DNA of 64,000 bases from an uncultured Alphaproteobacteria bacterium (GCA_944390455.1 CALXPU010000003.1:5099-69098), one strand, 5' to 3'; counted from the stretch's first letter, positions 47,048-57,042 are shown. Notes: generated by a model not told the origin, from the sequence alone. Translations and numbers: made by a program.

Positions 47048-48641
47048 ATCTACCTCCCTTATATCCTATATTTTTCAAAGATTTTGTTAGAACTTCACTT
47101 GCACCTAATAAACTTTCTGCTTGCTGCGCTTGAGCTCTTTGCTCACCTAATTGTTGAACTTCATCACGAGAACGAATTGCTGAAACATCAACATCGTAAT
47201 AATTAGCAATTTGGCGTAATGCTTCTGGGAAATTGAGAATATCAAGTGCGCTAGGATCTGCTTGCGCCATTGTCATTGTGGCTTCAATCGTCTTATATAG
47301 TCCTACGATGCGTGAGGAATCCTGCATGTGTACTGCCGGATTTTCGTATTCTATCGCAATAGAACCTTCATACATAAGTTCATCTGGCACATCATCCAAT
47401 AGCCCATATTGTGAAAGAATATCCAATTCACGAGCAATATTGCCATTAAGCCATTCTGCGGCTATGCGTTCGCACATAGGCGCAAGAAGCATAGCTTTTT
47501 CAACTTCACGCTTTTCGACTTCGGTAGCTGTCATTTCCTTTTCTTGCGTTAAAGCTTGGAACAACGGAATAAGAAAAGCCCTCTCAATAGACATTCTTAC
47601 AGATTGCTGCATTTCAAGAGTAACGGCGAGATTATTTCCGTATTGCATAGATATAGCAGCCGGTCTACCTTGAGAATCAAGCCCACCTTTAACAATCGCT
47701 CCGGCTTGTCCTAATTTAGAAGCATCCAGCATATTTTGTCCGACTAATACCGGAGGATTTGCTTGAAGTTGTCCGGTACGTAAAATTGTTTTAGCCATTT
47801 CATTAGCGGTTAATATATCATTAAACGCTTGCAATCCCGGACTATCACCATAAGGGCTGTCTTCCATAGCAAGAAAACGTGGTGCCATATACGGCATAAC
47901 ACGATAGCCGCTTTCTCTAACAATTTTATTCGTATCAACCTCTAAATGATAACTTGCATATTTCATACCGGTATAATCTTTTGCCTTAGGATTACGGTCT
48001 TCACGTGGTTCAACGGCATGAATAAATGAAATCTCTTGGTCCGGTTTTTCCGTTGCGCATCTTTTCACTTCATCTGATACTTTATCACCATAAATTTGAT
48101 AAGCCTGTTTAGCTGTTAATTTAAATTTACGATATACGGTTTCAAGTTCACCTTTGACATTTCGTGATATGTATATTTCGTTAGCCGGAATTACTTTATA
48201 GACAATACCTCTGTTGATATTTTCTTCAACATACCAATAACCGGTGCCATATATTCCGATTTGGTTAAACAAAAGATCTGCATTTACGGCAAATTGTGAA
48301 TTATTATTATATCTAACCTTGAATAACAAATCATTTACATATTGCAAATAAGCCGTTGCATTATCATTGTTTTCAAACGCGGGGTTAGATGATTTAAGTT
48401 TGTGCCATCTCTGAGTTGTTGGAACAAGGATGCTCTTAAATGATGCAGAAAAGTAAGTTAAAGAGTTTCTGGCCGTATTATCAAAAACATTCTGACGCCT
48501 TCTATTCCTTTTATCCTCCGTCCATATTTCAGGAGAAAAAGAGCACATTTCAGCCAATTTTTTCCAAAACGGCTCAAGAGGTGTTCTCTCCTGCTCAAGA
48601 ACAGCAAAGCGCCTTTTAATATGTTGACTTAATTCTTCCAT
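47037..48641 (-). CDS. Portal (head-tail connector) protein
   Basis: FDNTA, VP....W..L, ESGY...PY...R....SPYG.SP, MTATEV. Confidence 0.92.
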   Translation of the reverse strand: MEELSQHIKRRFAVLEQERTPLEPFWKKLAEMCSFSPEIWTEDKRNRRRQNVFDNTARNSLTYFSASFKSILVPTTQRWHKLKSSNPAFENNDNATAYLQYVNDLLFKVRYNNNSQFAVNADLLFNQIGIYGTGYWYVEENINRGIVYKVIPANEIYISRNVKGELETVYRKFKLTAKQAYQIYGDKVSDEVKRCATEKPDQEISFIHAVEPREDRNPKAKDYTGMKYASYHLEVDTNKIVRESGYRVMPYMAPRFLAMEDSPYGDSPGLQAFNDILTANEMAKTILRTGQLQANPPVLVGQNMLDASKLGQAGAIVKGGLDSQGRPAAISMQYGNNLAVTLEMQQSVRMSIERAFLIPLFQALTQEKEMTATEVEKREVEKAMLLAPMCERIAAEWLNGNIARELDILSQYGLLDDVPDELMYEGSIAIEYENPAVHMQDSSRIVGLYKTIEATMTMAQADPSALDILNFPEALRQIANYYDVDVSAIRSRDEVQQLGEQRAQAQQAESLLGASEVLTKSLKNIGYKGGRFGF

Positions 48642-48642
48642 A

Positions 48643-48843
48643 TTATTCCCCTAAGGTTGTTTTGCGTACAGAATTTCCGGACAAAGATGTATTACCGGCT
48701 ATCATCTGCATAGCAGATCCTCTTCTTTTCTTACGAGCTCTCTCCATAGCTTGAGTTTGCTCTGAGTTATCAATAACCGTAGGTTCTGTTTCAATTACCT
48801 GCGGTTGAACTTTTGGTTTATTAAATATACTTGACATTTTCAC
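48643..48843 (-). CDS. Small virion protein preceding the portal
   Basis: Basic RKKRRG and C-terminal KTTLG typical of this position. Confidence 0.65.
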   Translation of the reverse strand: MKMSSIFNKPKVQPQVIETEPTVIDNSEQTQAMERARKKRRGSAMQMIAGNTSLSGNSVRKTTLGE

Positions 48844-50168
48844 CCCGTATAAACATTATCATCCACAAAATCTGCATCGTTATTAAAAACATTAAGGTTT
48901 GATGGATAAAATTTCTCAGCAAATGTTAAGGCCAAAGCATCCCCGACATCCGTTGAACGTCCTAATCTTTTTTTAATTTCTTCTTTTTTCTCTAATAATA
49001 AACGCCCCAAACTATCATATTTCTTGTTTGGCGCGGTTAAATCTTCACTTAAACCTTCGCAATCTACCAAAGAAACAGGAAGCTCAGAAGTAAGCCATTC
49101 TTTTAATCTTCCCCACATCTCTGCTCTTCTGTTACAATAACGTTCGCTTTCTTGAGCTGCTTCACCAAAATTAACAGGACGAACGATACTTCCATATCCT
49201 CTATCAAGAAGAATATCCACAACACCAGCACCTACGCCGCCAACGTCTATATTAACACGGGCCGGTTTTTCCTCATGTATAATATTTACAATCATATTTG
49301 CGGTTTCTACCAAATTCATTTTAGAGCATGTTCTTATACGAAAAGCCCTACGGCCTATTCTTCTTGCAACTGCCGTTTTATCATCACCAAAACGAGCCAC
49401 ATCAACGCCGATAATCAAAGGAAGATCAACAGAAACGGAATTTTCAACATGCGTTTCAAGGGCTTTGTAGATTTCCTTATATCCAATAAGTTTTGTATCG
49501 CCTTCTTGCACCGGTTCTCCGGCCCACACATGCAGCCACTGCTCATAATCTTCTTCTTTGACGCGCTCAGCAATCTTTTTCATTTCCGGCGGGCAATAAA
49601 TATTATCGGTATAATTAACTTTTTGTATGAATGTATCTTCGTGAGGATTTTTAGCCAAAGCCACCCAAATAGGATCGTTTTCAAGCTCTCGGTTCATTGA
49701 AATCCATATTTGCGCCCCTGGTTTACGAATTGTCGGATCCAATATTTCCCAACTTTTTTTGGAAATTGATTGACCTTCCTCTATCCAGCAAATATCAACA
49801 CCTTCCAAAGATTTAATATTTTGAGCATTGTTATCCTGCAAACCCTTAAAAATAAATCTGCTCCCCGTTTCTATGTTTTCAATTCTATCTTCATAGAAGC
49901 GGTAATCATCAAATCCCCAATATTCCGCCCTATCCTTTAATAATTTATACACAGAGTCCTTAATAGAGTTTTGAACTTCACGAACACAAGCAATCAATAT
50001 CTTGCCTTGTCGGCCCAAAACAAGCAAAGCATCACCAAAACCGTAAGATTTACCGCCGGCACGCCCACCATAATAAAGTTTATAACGCACTTCCGGCATA
50101 TTAAACAAAGGCGCATACTGCTCTTGTATCTCAACCCTTATTTTTTCTTCTTTAACTTTCTTTGCCAT
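48840..50168 (-). CDS. terL: Terminase large subunit (PBSX-like)
   Basis: YGGRAGGKS, REVQNSIKDSV, IKSLEG.DICWIEE, GVDVARFGDD, D.GDALALTF. Confidence 0.95.
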   Translation of the reverse strand: MAKKVKEEKIRVEIQEQYAPLFNMPEVRYKLYYGGRAGGKSYGFGDALLVLGRQGKILIACVREVQNSIKDSVYKLLKDRAEYWGFDDYRFYEDRIENIETGSRFIFKGLQDNNAQNIKSLEGVDICWIEEGQSISKKSWEILDPTIRKPGAQIWISMNRELENDPIWVALAKNPHEDTFIQKVNYTDNIYCPPEMKKIAERVKEEDYEQWLHVWAGEPVQEGDTKLIGYKEIYKALETHVENSVSVDLPLIIGVDVARFGDDKTAVARRIGRRAFRIRTCSKMNLVETANMIVNIIHEEKPARVNIDVGGVGAGVVDILLDRGYGSIVRPVNFGEAAQESERYCNRRAEMWGRLKEWLTSELPVSLVDCEGLSEDLTAPNKKYDSLGRLLLEKKEEIKKRLGRSTDVGDALALTFAEKFYPSNLNVFNNDADFVDDNVYTG

Positions 50169-50700
50169 TAGCGTTTTTTTAACCTTTTATATGTTATAAT
50201 TTATTGACAAAATGTATTTTTGAGCCTGGTATTTTACCGGTATTTTTTGACACTCAAACGACTAAGTTATTGTTTTTATTATACGCGTTTTTTGTCAAAA
50301 TCGTTTCCTAGAATCATTTTTTTATAAAAATTTACTTACCTCCCACTTGCTCTTTAGCTTTGCAAAGGGATTTCTTACCTGCCAAAAAGAAGTATCTTAT
50401 TGTTTTTATTTATTTTCTTAACTTGACACAATTTTTTTAGACTATTTTTTTTGTTTATAAACCCGTATTCTAACGCACCTTATTTTGGGGCTCTTTTTTT
50501 ATCCTATTGTTTTTATTCAATAGTTATTAGACAAAATTTTTCACCTGGAATACGATAGCGTACCGAAAGGGGTATGGTTGTTTGAGAGAGACCAGCGCGC
50601 GCGGCCCCCACCCCCCTCTACCGAAAAAGCATGCTTAGGCCTATGCGGCGCGTTTTGTGCGCTTGCCTGTCTCCCCTTGGTTTCCTTGGGGTTGCGGTGC

Positions 50701-51297
50701 TTATTCTTCGCTCTTCTTAAGCTTTGTTCCCTTCTTGCGTCCGCGTTTCTTTGGCCTTCCTAACTTCTTCCCGTGGCTTGCTACTCTCTTTGGCTTGGCG
50801 ATGGGTGCAGGATCCGCGGAGGTTTGCACGGTTTCCGCTTCAATCGTGGGAATGTTTGCGGGTTTTAGCTTTGTTGTTTGCGCGTTTACATATACGACAA
50901 GCGCGGTTTTTGGCGCTTTTACTGCGGTTGTCTCGATGGACTTCATATCTTTCCAATCGTCCTTTATGTTAGACAGCCAGAAGATCGCACCGCTTGAGTT
51001 TTTACTTGCAAGAACAGGCTCCCAGAACTGCTGCAGCCTTAGATTTGCACGGTGTATAACCCGCGCGAACGTTGGCTTTTGTGCATACTCCCAGAGTGAG
51101 CACCTGTTCTCAAACCCCAAAAAGTAAGCAAGGCCGGAGGACGTGGGGAGCGACTCATCAAATACCGGCTTCCCCCATTTATCAAAGATTACATCGCCAT
51201 TCTTATCACGCAGTGGCTCCCTGTTTTCGAAGCGCGCAAAATACTCATCAATTAGCTTTTCTAATTCCTCCGGCTTGCCATACTTCGCAGCTCCCAT
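50701..51297 (-). CDS. terS: Terminase small subunit (P22 gp3-like) with basic C-terminal tail
   Basis: EEL...IDEYF, PT.SGLA.FLGF..R.SLWEY, GAIFWL.N. Confidence 0.8.
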   Translation of the reverse strand: MGAAKYGKPEELEKLIDEYFARFENREPLRDKNGDVIFDKWGKPVFDESLPTSSGLAYFLGFENRCSLWEYAQKPTFARVIHRANLRLQQFWEPVLASKNSSGAIFWLSNIKDDWKDMKSIETTAVKAPKTALVVYVNAQTTKLKPANIPTIEAETVQTSADPAPIAKPKRVASHGKKLGRPKKRGRKKGTKLKKSEE

Positions 51298-51547
51298 CTT
51301 GCACTTTTTCCCTTTTTTCGCTCTGTTCTGCCGTTTTCTAAATTACACATACAAAAAAGCCCGCGACTTAATACGGCCGCGAGCCTTGATAAACTTATAT
51401 TTGCGCACACTTATTTCTTATTATCATATATCACACTATTTTTTGACATACAAGCTTTTTTTTAATTTTGTTAATAAGTCTAAATTATACATACGTTTAG
51501 TATGTTTATTTTTTATTAAGCGCTTGATTTTATGTAAAATTTTTTTC

Positions 51548-51577
51548 TTGACAATTCTCTTTTTTGTGTCGTATAAT
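51548..51577 (+). promoter_or_regulatory. Consensus sigma70 promoter for the plus-strand accessory operon
   Basis: TTGACA-N18-TATAAT; IHF consensus TAAGCGCTTGATT at 51517-51529. Confidence 0.75.
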
Positions 51578-51646
51578 AAGATATAATTAAAAATAATAAA
51601 TCAAAACACCCGCCGGCAACAGGCCGACACACTCAAAGGAGATTTT

Positions 51647-52129
51647 ATGATGAAATACTTTAAAGACTTTTCAAACTTGGAGCAACTCCGCAAACAATAT
51701 AACGGACTAGCTAAAAAATATCATCCAGACATTAACCACGCCCCGGACGCTGTTCGCATCATGCAGGAAATAAATGCAGAATATGCGCTGGCTATACAAT
51801 GGCTAAAAAATCACGATAGCGAACATTTAAACTGTTACGAGGGAACAGATCCGGCCGCATATCCTGAAATTATATCTAAAATTATCAGCTTGACAGAATT
51901 AACCATTGAAATTTGCGGATCTTGGGTATGGCTAACGGGTAAAACCTGGCTATATGTGGACCAACTCAAAAACGCCGGTTTTAGATTTTCCCGCAGCAAA
52001 AAGGCTTGGTATTGGGCCGACAGCATCAAAAAAGCGCACTTCCGCGGCAGATATTCTTTAAACCAAATTCGCGAGAAATTCGGAACGCAAGAAGTCGAGA
52101 CGCAACAAATGGAGCTTTTATTTAATTAA
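51647..52129 (+). CDS. J-domain (DnaJ-like) protein
   Basis: LRKQY..LAKKYHPD...MQEINAEY; C-terminal GSWVWL.G.T...LK.AGFRFS..KKAWYW. Confidence 0.85.
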   Translation: MMKYFKDFSNLEQLRKQYNGLAKKYHPDINHAPDAVRIMQEINAEYALAIQWLKNHDSEHLNCYEGTDPAAYPEIISKIISLTELTIEICGSWVWLTGKTWLYVDQLKNAGFRFSRSKKAWYWADSIKKAHFRGRYSLNQIREKFGTQEVETQQMELLFN

Positions 52130-52166
52130 CCGGGGGATTTATTCCCCCCACTTAAAGGGGGTTACT

Positions 52167-52360
52167 ATGAACAGCAAAAGACAGATCAACAGAGCGAACG
52201 CAATCGCCAAAGCGATTGTGGATGCTTAGAGCTATCTTTATGGGAAAATCATATTTTGGTAGCAAGCTCCGGATTTGTCGCCACCAAAAATAAATTAGTC
52301 TATAAAAATAATACCTTAATTGATATTGATACACTAGATATTGATTTTTTTAACTATTAA
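52167..52360 (+). pseudogene. Small gene apparently broken by a 1-bp deletion
   Basis: RBS and ATG at 52167, TAG after 20 codons; the -1 frame stays open to TAA at 52360, just before the next RBS. Confidence 0.4.
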
Positions 52361-52372
52361 AGGAGGAACACT

Positions 52373-53992
52373 ATGAATACACTTTTTGACTTAGACAATC
52401 CGCCACGCAAAAGTACAAGGCAAATTGTCTCCGAACTCAAAGAAGCCGGACAAGATTTTGAATTTTACCCCACCACAAGAGAAATGATGGAGGTTGTTTT
52501 TAATCATATATCCGATTGGGGGGATATTTTAGATATAGGATGCGGAAACGGAGGATTTAAACGTTTTTTAGAAGCTAAAGGAAAAAACGTTACTTATTAC
52601 GGTATTGAAAAATCAGAAATACTTTTAAACCAACTTCCCGCAGATGTTTACATATTAGGCACAGATTTTAATAACTGCACGCTCATTGACAAGAAGGTAA
52701 AAATTATTTTTTGCAATCCTCCATATTCTGAATATGAAACATGGACAAAACGCATCATAACAGAAGGAAATTTTAAAGAAGCTTTTTTAATTATACCGGA
52801 AAGATGGAAAGATAACAAAACCATTCAGGAAAGTTTGAAATCAGCCAATATACGCGCAGTTTCTTTAGCTGCTATGGATTTTTTAAATGCAGAAAGACAA
52901 GCGCGTGCCAAAATTGAAATTATCAAACTAATTAAGGATAATTATTCTTCTAATTATATTGATCCTTTTAATCTTTGGTTTGAAACAACTTTTAAAATCA
53001 ACGTTGAGAAAGGAAAATGGGAATGGGAATACGAAGAAGAACAACGTAAAAAAATAAAAGACCAAATAGTTTCTGCTCCAAATAAAATTGAAGCTTTTGT
53101 AAATCTTTATAATGAAGAAATGAACAGACTTTATACTTCTTTTAAATCCATCTGTGCTCTTGATGCGGATACATTAAAGGACATAGGTGTTGATACAGAG
53201 AAGGTGCGCGAAGCGTTAAGATATAAGCTTGAACACACTAAAATTTTGTACTGGCACAGAATTTTTAATTTTCTTGATGAAATTACAACCCGTTTAACTT
53301 ATAATGCTAGAGAAGAGCTTTTTAATAAATTTGATCGTCTTAATCAAGTTGATTTTAACGAATCTAATATTAGAAGTGTTGTAATTTGGATTTTAAAAAA
53401 TGCTGTTTCTTTATTTGATGATCAACTCATTAAACTTTACATGACTCTTACGCAACCGGATAATATTATAAAATATAAAAGCAATCAGAGAGTATTTAGA
53501 CGAGATCAATGGTACAATAATCATTTTAATAGAGAAAATTCAATTTCTCATTATTGTTTAAGCTACCGTATAATTTGTGACAGTTTATATTTTCGTACAA
53601 GTACTTGGAGTGGGGGTTATGAAATAGATAGAGGAAAAGTACAAACGATTGTTGGCGATTTGTGTGCCATCGCTTATAATTTAGGTTTTGTCTCTGCGTC
53701 AAAAGATATTCCAGAAAATTTTGGTGAAAAATATTATATTTTAATGCCAGACGGTAAGCCCTTAATTGAGTTTAAATTTTATCAAAATGGTAATACCCAC
53801 TTAAAATTAAATAAAGAATTTGCCAAAGCGCTTAATGTTGAGGTTGCTCGATTGCTAGGATGGATCCGGGATAAGTCTGATATAGCCAAAGAGTTTCCTG
53901 ACGAAATGGCCGAAGGTGCTGAAAAATACTACAATTCAAACTTTTCTCAAGCCATCATGACAACAAAAATAAAACTCTTAACCTCAAATTAA
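52373..53992 (+). CDS. Amino-methyltransferase-like protein (DUF4942-like C-terminus)
   Basis: EFYPT, LDIGCGNG (motif I), FCNPPY (motif IV), AER.ARA, F..NGN.HLK. Confidence 0.8.
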   Translation: MNTLFDLDNPPRKSTRQIVSELKEAGQDFEFYPTTREMMEVVFNHISDWGDILDIGCGNGGFKRFLEAKGKNVTYYGIEKSEILLNQLPADVYILGTDFNNCTLIDKKVKIIFCNPPYSEYETWTKRIITEGNFKEAFLIIPERWKDNKTIQESLKSANIRAVSLAAMDFLNAERQARAKIEIIKLIKDNYSSNYIDPFNLWFETTFKINVEKGKWEWEYEEEQRKKIKDQIVSAPNKIEAFVNLYNEEMNRLYTSFKSICALDADTLKDIGVDTEKVREALRYKLEHTKILYWHRIFNFLDEITTRLTYNAREELFNKFDRLNQVDFNESNIRSVVIWILKNAVSLFDDQLIKLYMTLTQPDNIIKYKSNQRVFRRDQWYNNHFNRENSISHYCLSYRIICDSLYFRTSTWSGGYEIDRGKVQTIVGDLCAIAYNLGFVSASKDIPENFGEKYYILMPDGKPLIEFKFYQNGNTHLKLNKEFAKALNVEVARLLGWIRDKSDIAKEFPDEMAEGAEKYYNSNFSQAIMTTKIKLLTSN

Positions 53993-54029
53993 CTACACCT
54001 TGCTAAAAGCAAAATAAGGAGATACAGAC

Positions 54030-54494
54030 ATGTTACGTAATGAAGGTTATTTAAACGCTATTGAATTTAAGACTATCCGCGAAGAGCTTGGCTTAACTCA
54101 GTCCGAGCTCATGCGGCTAATGAATATTAAGAACTATCGCACAATCCAGAGGTGGGAAAAGGGAGAAAATGTTATAAGTAAACAAGCATGCGATACAATA
54201 ACTAACCTTCTTAATGAAGCGGCAAAACATATTAACAAAAATTTAGATGCAATTCTTGAACGTTACAAACGTTTTGAGTTTGCCGATTTTGTTCTAATCT
54301 TATATCCAAATGACGTTTATCAAAATGCCGCTGTTCGTAAAGCATATTGTCGCTTTATTGCAGAGGGTAAAAAAGCCCACCTGATACGATTCAATGAAGA
54401 AGATTATAAAAGCTACCTAGAACTTCAAAACTTGTCAGACAGCGAAAAAAACAGGGAAGAATGGGCTCTTTATACCTGGAGAAAACAACGTTAA
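54030..54494 (+). CDS. XRE HTH protein (DUF1870/YdiL-like)
   Basis: EFKTIREELGLTQSEL..RTIQRWEKG. Confidence 0.75.
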   Translation: MLRNEGYLNAIEFKTIREELGLTQSELMRLMNIKNYRTIQRWEKGENVISKQACDTITNLLNEAAKHINKNLDAILERYKRFEFADFVLILYPNDVYQNAAVRKAYCRFIAEGKKAHLIRFNEEDYKSYLELQNLSDSEKNREEWALYTWRKQR

Positions 54495-54886
54495 TGTTTT
54501 TTAGCGTAGAAGTCTGCCAATTCATCCAAACCACGAACTAAATCCCGTTTGAGTGCATACACCTGCTCGCGAGATTTGTTTTTTACCGGTATTCTCTCTT
54601 TTTCAAGTACGACATGTTGCACAATCGCCCAGTTACAAAACGAAACGCAACGGATAGCCTTATTAAAGCGATCCTGTGCTATTTCCTGAGCTTCCGGAGC
54701 TCTTTTTAATCCCTTACAATCAACACGTGGACGAGATGGATCCATTGTGTGCATAATCTTACCGGCCCTTACAAAATCACGCCATAAAAGCGTACCGGCG
54801 CGCAATCTATCAGCAGCCTTCCAGCGCCCCTCCTCTATTGATAATATGCCGGTTGTATAATATCTTTCTAAAACACTATCCTCCAA
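54491..54886 (-). CDS. Putative late-gene regulator (DUF6456/Q-like position)
   Basis: Last early-right gene; LERYY..G, AG..L..DF, L..GLD.LA.FY. Confidence 0.55.
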   Translation of the reverse strand: MEDSVLERYYTTGILSIEEGRWKAADRLRAGTLLWRDFVRAGKIMHTMDPSRPRVDCKGLKRAPEAQEIAQDRFNKAIRCVSFCNWAIVQHVVLEKERIPVKNKSREQVYALKRDLVRGLDELADFYAKKH

Positions 54887-55094
54887 TTTTCTTCCTCCTT
54901 ACTATATCAAAATCAAGCATACTTGAATTATTGTATATCATCCGACCACGCATCGCCGCTTTATCAATTATAAATACCTTAGGAGCATTATTTTTAAGTT
55001 TAACGGCTTGCTGTAACTTCTCTTGCGACAGACTTTCTGCTATAAATACCGTTTCCCCCTTCTTTGTCTTAAAAATAAGCTCGTATGGCATCAA
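54876..55094 (-). CDS. Phage hypothetical protein
   Basis: 72 aa, coupled overlaps. Confidence 0.55.
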   Translation of the reverse strand: MMPYELIFKTKKGETVFIAESLSQEKLQQAVKLKNNAPKVFIIDKAAMRGRMIYNNSSMLDFDIVRRKKIGG

Positions 55095-55312
55095 TATACC
55101 TCTTGGGTTATTTCTCTTAAACTTTTATTTGAGGATATTTCATCCAGGCGCTTTTCTTTATTGTAAAACAAAGGACTTGCGATGTTCGATAAACTCACTG
55201 TAACCTTTTTTGAATATATACTAATACGTACTTCTATGCTTGTAGGTTCTTCCGGGTATTCTGAAAGACACTCGTTTACAAAACTTTTTACTTTGCTGCC
55301 AATCTCATTCAT
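55091..55312 (-). CDS. Phage hypothetical protein
   Basis: 73 aa, GAGG RBS. Confidence 0.55.
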   Translation of the reverse strand: MNEIGSKVKSFVNECLSEYPEEPTSIEVRISIYSKKVTVSLSNIASPLFYNKEKRLDEISSNKSLREITQEVY

Positions 55313-55348
55313 TTTTTATCCTCACATAAAATAAAAATTACTTTGCGC

Positions 55349-55747
55349 CTAAACACCTTGCGCCACAATAAACTGCAAAAATTCCTCTTTTTTATCGGTC
55401 TTAAACACATCTCCCGCCGTACTAACAACATTATACTTCTTCTCTTTTTTTCTAGGATAATTCAAAATGTAAATCTTATATCCCCCCAGAACATCAGTCT
55501 TAAAAGATTTGCATCTCTTTTCTTTATCCCTCTTTGCCAATGTATTGAGACGAGCTTTTTTTTCCGCCCTATATTTTCTTTGATAAGAGCGGGCATGTTC
55601 TAAGTTTTTTTCATACCACTTTTTAACCAAAATCGTTGCACAATCTTTACAGATGGATTTCAATCCGTATTTACCATGTTTTTCTTTAGTAAACATACTT
55701 AACGGTAGCTCACGATTACATTTTGAACATACTTTCGTTTCATTCAT
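55349..55747 (-). CDS. Zn-finger phage protein
   Basis: KVCSKC...LPLSMF....G.KS.CKDC. Confidence 0.65.
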   Translation of the reverse strand: MNETKVCSKCNRELPLSMFTKEKHGKYGLKSICKDCATILVKKWYEKNLEHARSYQRKYRAEKKARLNTLAKRDKEKRCKSFKTDVLGGYKIYILNYPRKKEKKYNVVSTAGDVFKTDKKEEFLQFIVAQGV

Positions 55748-56303
55748 TGCGCAAGGTCCATTTTCTAACAAAACTATCCAATATACGCTTGGCATCGCAT
55801 GATTTAGCTTTAACACCTTTCAACCCTGAACGCTGTAAATCATCATCACTAGGAAATTCAAAATCTCGTGGTTGCTCCCCACGTGCAGCAGTTCTTCTGC
55901 GACAAGAAAGTTTTAATCCTTCATCAAAATCAGTTACCTCTCCGGATTTAATCATAACCGCAGCATCTCGATAGCAATACAAGTTATGGCGACATCTCCC
56001 CAAAGCTAAATCCTCATGAAATCTACGTTCCGGTAAATCCTCGACAATCTGTCCAGGCGATTGATAAGCGGGAACTCTTTGACTTTTGATTACCTTCAAA
56101 ATTTCCGCAATATCCTTTGGTTGTGGCTCATATCGACTTGAGTTTTCGGCAATGTATTTCACAACTGCGCTCTTTGCTTCATCAAGCGTTGCATCGCCCA
56201 ACGCTTCCTTCCATCCGGAAAGTTGTAAATCACTTGTAGGATTGAATTTGGGAAAAGCCGATTTTACACTTTCAATCCAGTTGTTTAATTCATAGTTTTT
56301 CAA
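55740..56303 (-). CDS. Helicase loader/inhibitor-like replication protein
   Basis: W...L.D.....AV..YI....Y.P.P.DI; follows the initiator gene. Confidence 0.6.
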   Translation of the reverse strand: MKNYELNNWIESVKSAFPKFNPTSDLQLSGWKEALGDATLDEAKSAVVKYIAENSSRYEPQPKDIAEILKVIKSQRVPAYQSPGQIVEDLPERRFHEDLALGRCRHNLYCYRDAAVMIKSGEVTDFDEGLKLSCRRRTAARGEQPRDFEFPSDDDLQRSGLKGVKAKSCDAKRILDSFVRKWTLRNE

Positions 56304-56947
56304 TTATCTTCTCCAAAAAGTTTATTGATAAGTTCAAGTCTTTTTTTGCTTTCTTCTTCCGTAGTAATTTCCGGCGGCTTGAGTGTCTCCTTAGCAACGT
56401 TGTGATTTTCCCAAGTAACAAACTTTTGTTTCCAGTTAATCACAGATTTCCCCGTACTATCCTTCCAACCTCCAATCGAGAAATAATCAAAAAATTGTTT
56501 AGCTAGATCCGCCCTTCCCCGTTCTGTTGCGTAGCTCAAAACATCCTCGTATGAAGGTGGAATAAATTTTTTAGTTTTTTTCTCATTTTTTGGGAAACTA
56601 ATATCTTCTGAGGATTTATCCGAAGAAGATATAAATAATTTTATCTGCTTATCTGCTTTATTATTATCTAATAATTTATTATTAGATATGGCTTTGTTAT
56701 CTGTTTCCAAACTGTTATTAAACCGTTTTTTTCTACCCCCTTGATTTTTCGCAATAATATTGTGCTTTATAGCTTCAAATAAAATCATTGTTGAATCTTT
56801 TAATTTTACATCCTGCGGGAATGTTTGATTAAATCCGTAATAAACTAATGCAAAACACAACGCATTTCGTTCCGATTTTGATTTAATTTTCATCAAAAGT
56901 GTGAAATAATTTTCCCAAATTCTAACTGCAAAATGCTCTTGTTTCAT
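56300..56947 (-). CDS. Replication initiator (O-like)
   Basis: C-terminal F.PPS..DV..YA..FFDY....GW......NWK....TWE; central AT-rich repeats. Confidence 0.75.
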   Translation of the reverse strand: MKQEHFAVRIWENYFTLLMKIKSKSERNALCFALVYYGFNQTFPQDVKLKDSTMILFEAIKHNIIAKNQGGRKKRFNNSLETDNKAISNNKLLDNNKADKQIKLFISSSDKSSEDISFPKNEKKTKKFIPPSYEDVLSYATERGRADLAKQFFDYFSIGGWKDSTGKSVINWKQKFVTWENHNVAKETLKPPEITTEEESKKRLELINKLFGEDN

Positions 56948-57042
56948 CTTATAACCTCATTCCCCAAAAAAGGCGGGAGCGCAAAGTTGGAAATGAGGTA
57001 GAAGCCTTAGCGCCCCCATTATCGAGACAATACCTCATTGTT

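Noticed and set aside
30308-49700. Many plus-strand ORFs antisense to structural genes (e.g. 47233-47673, 49152-49700)
   Set aside because: Shadow frames of well-supported minus-strand genes, with no motifs
50578-51586. Overlapping plus-strand ORFs opposite terS
   Set aside because: Explained by the locally higher GC and fewer stop codons; terS carries the family motifs
52152-52334. 60-aa minus-strand ORF in the accessory operon
   Set aside because: Opposite to the operon with no RBS; a frameshifted plus-strand gene fits better
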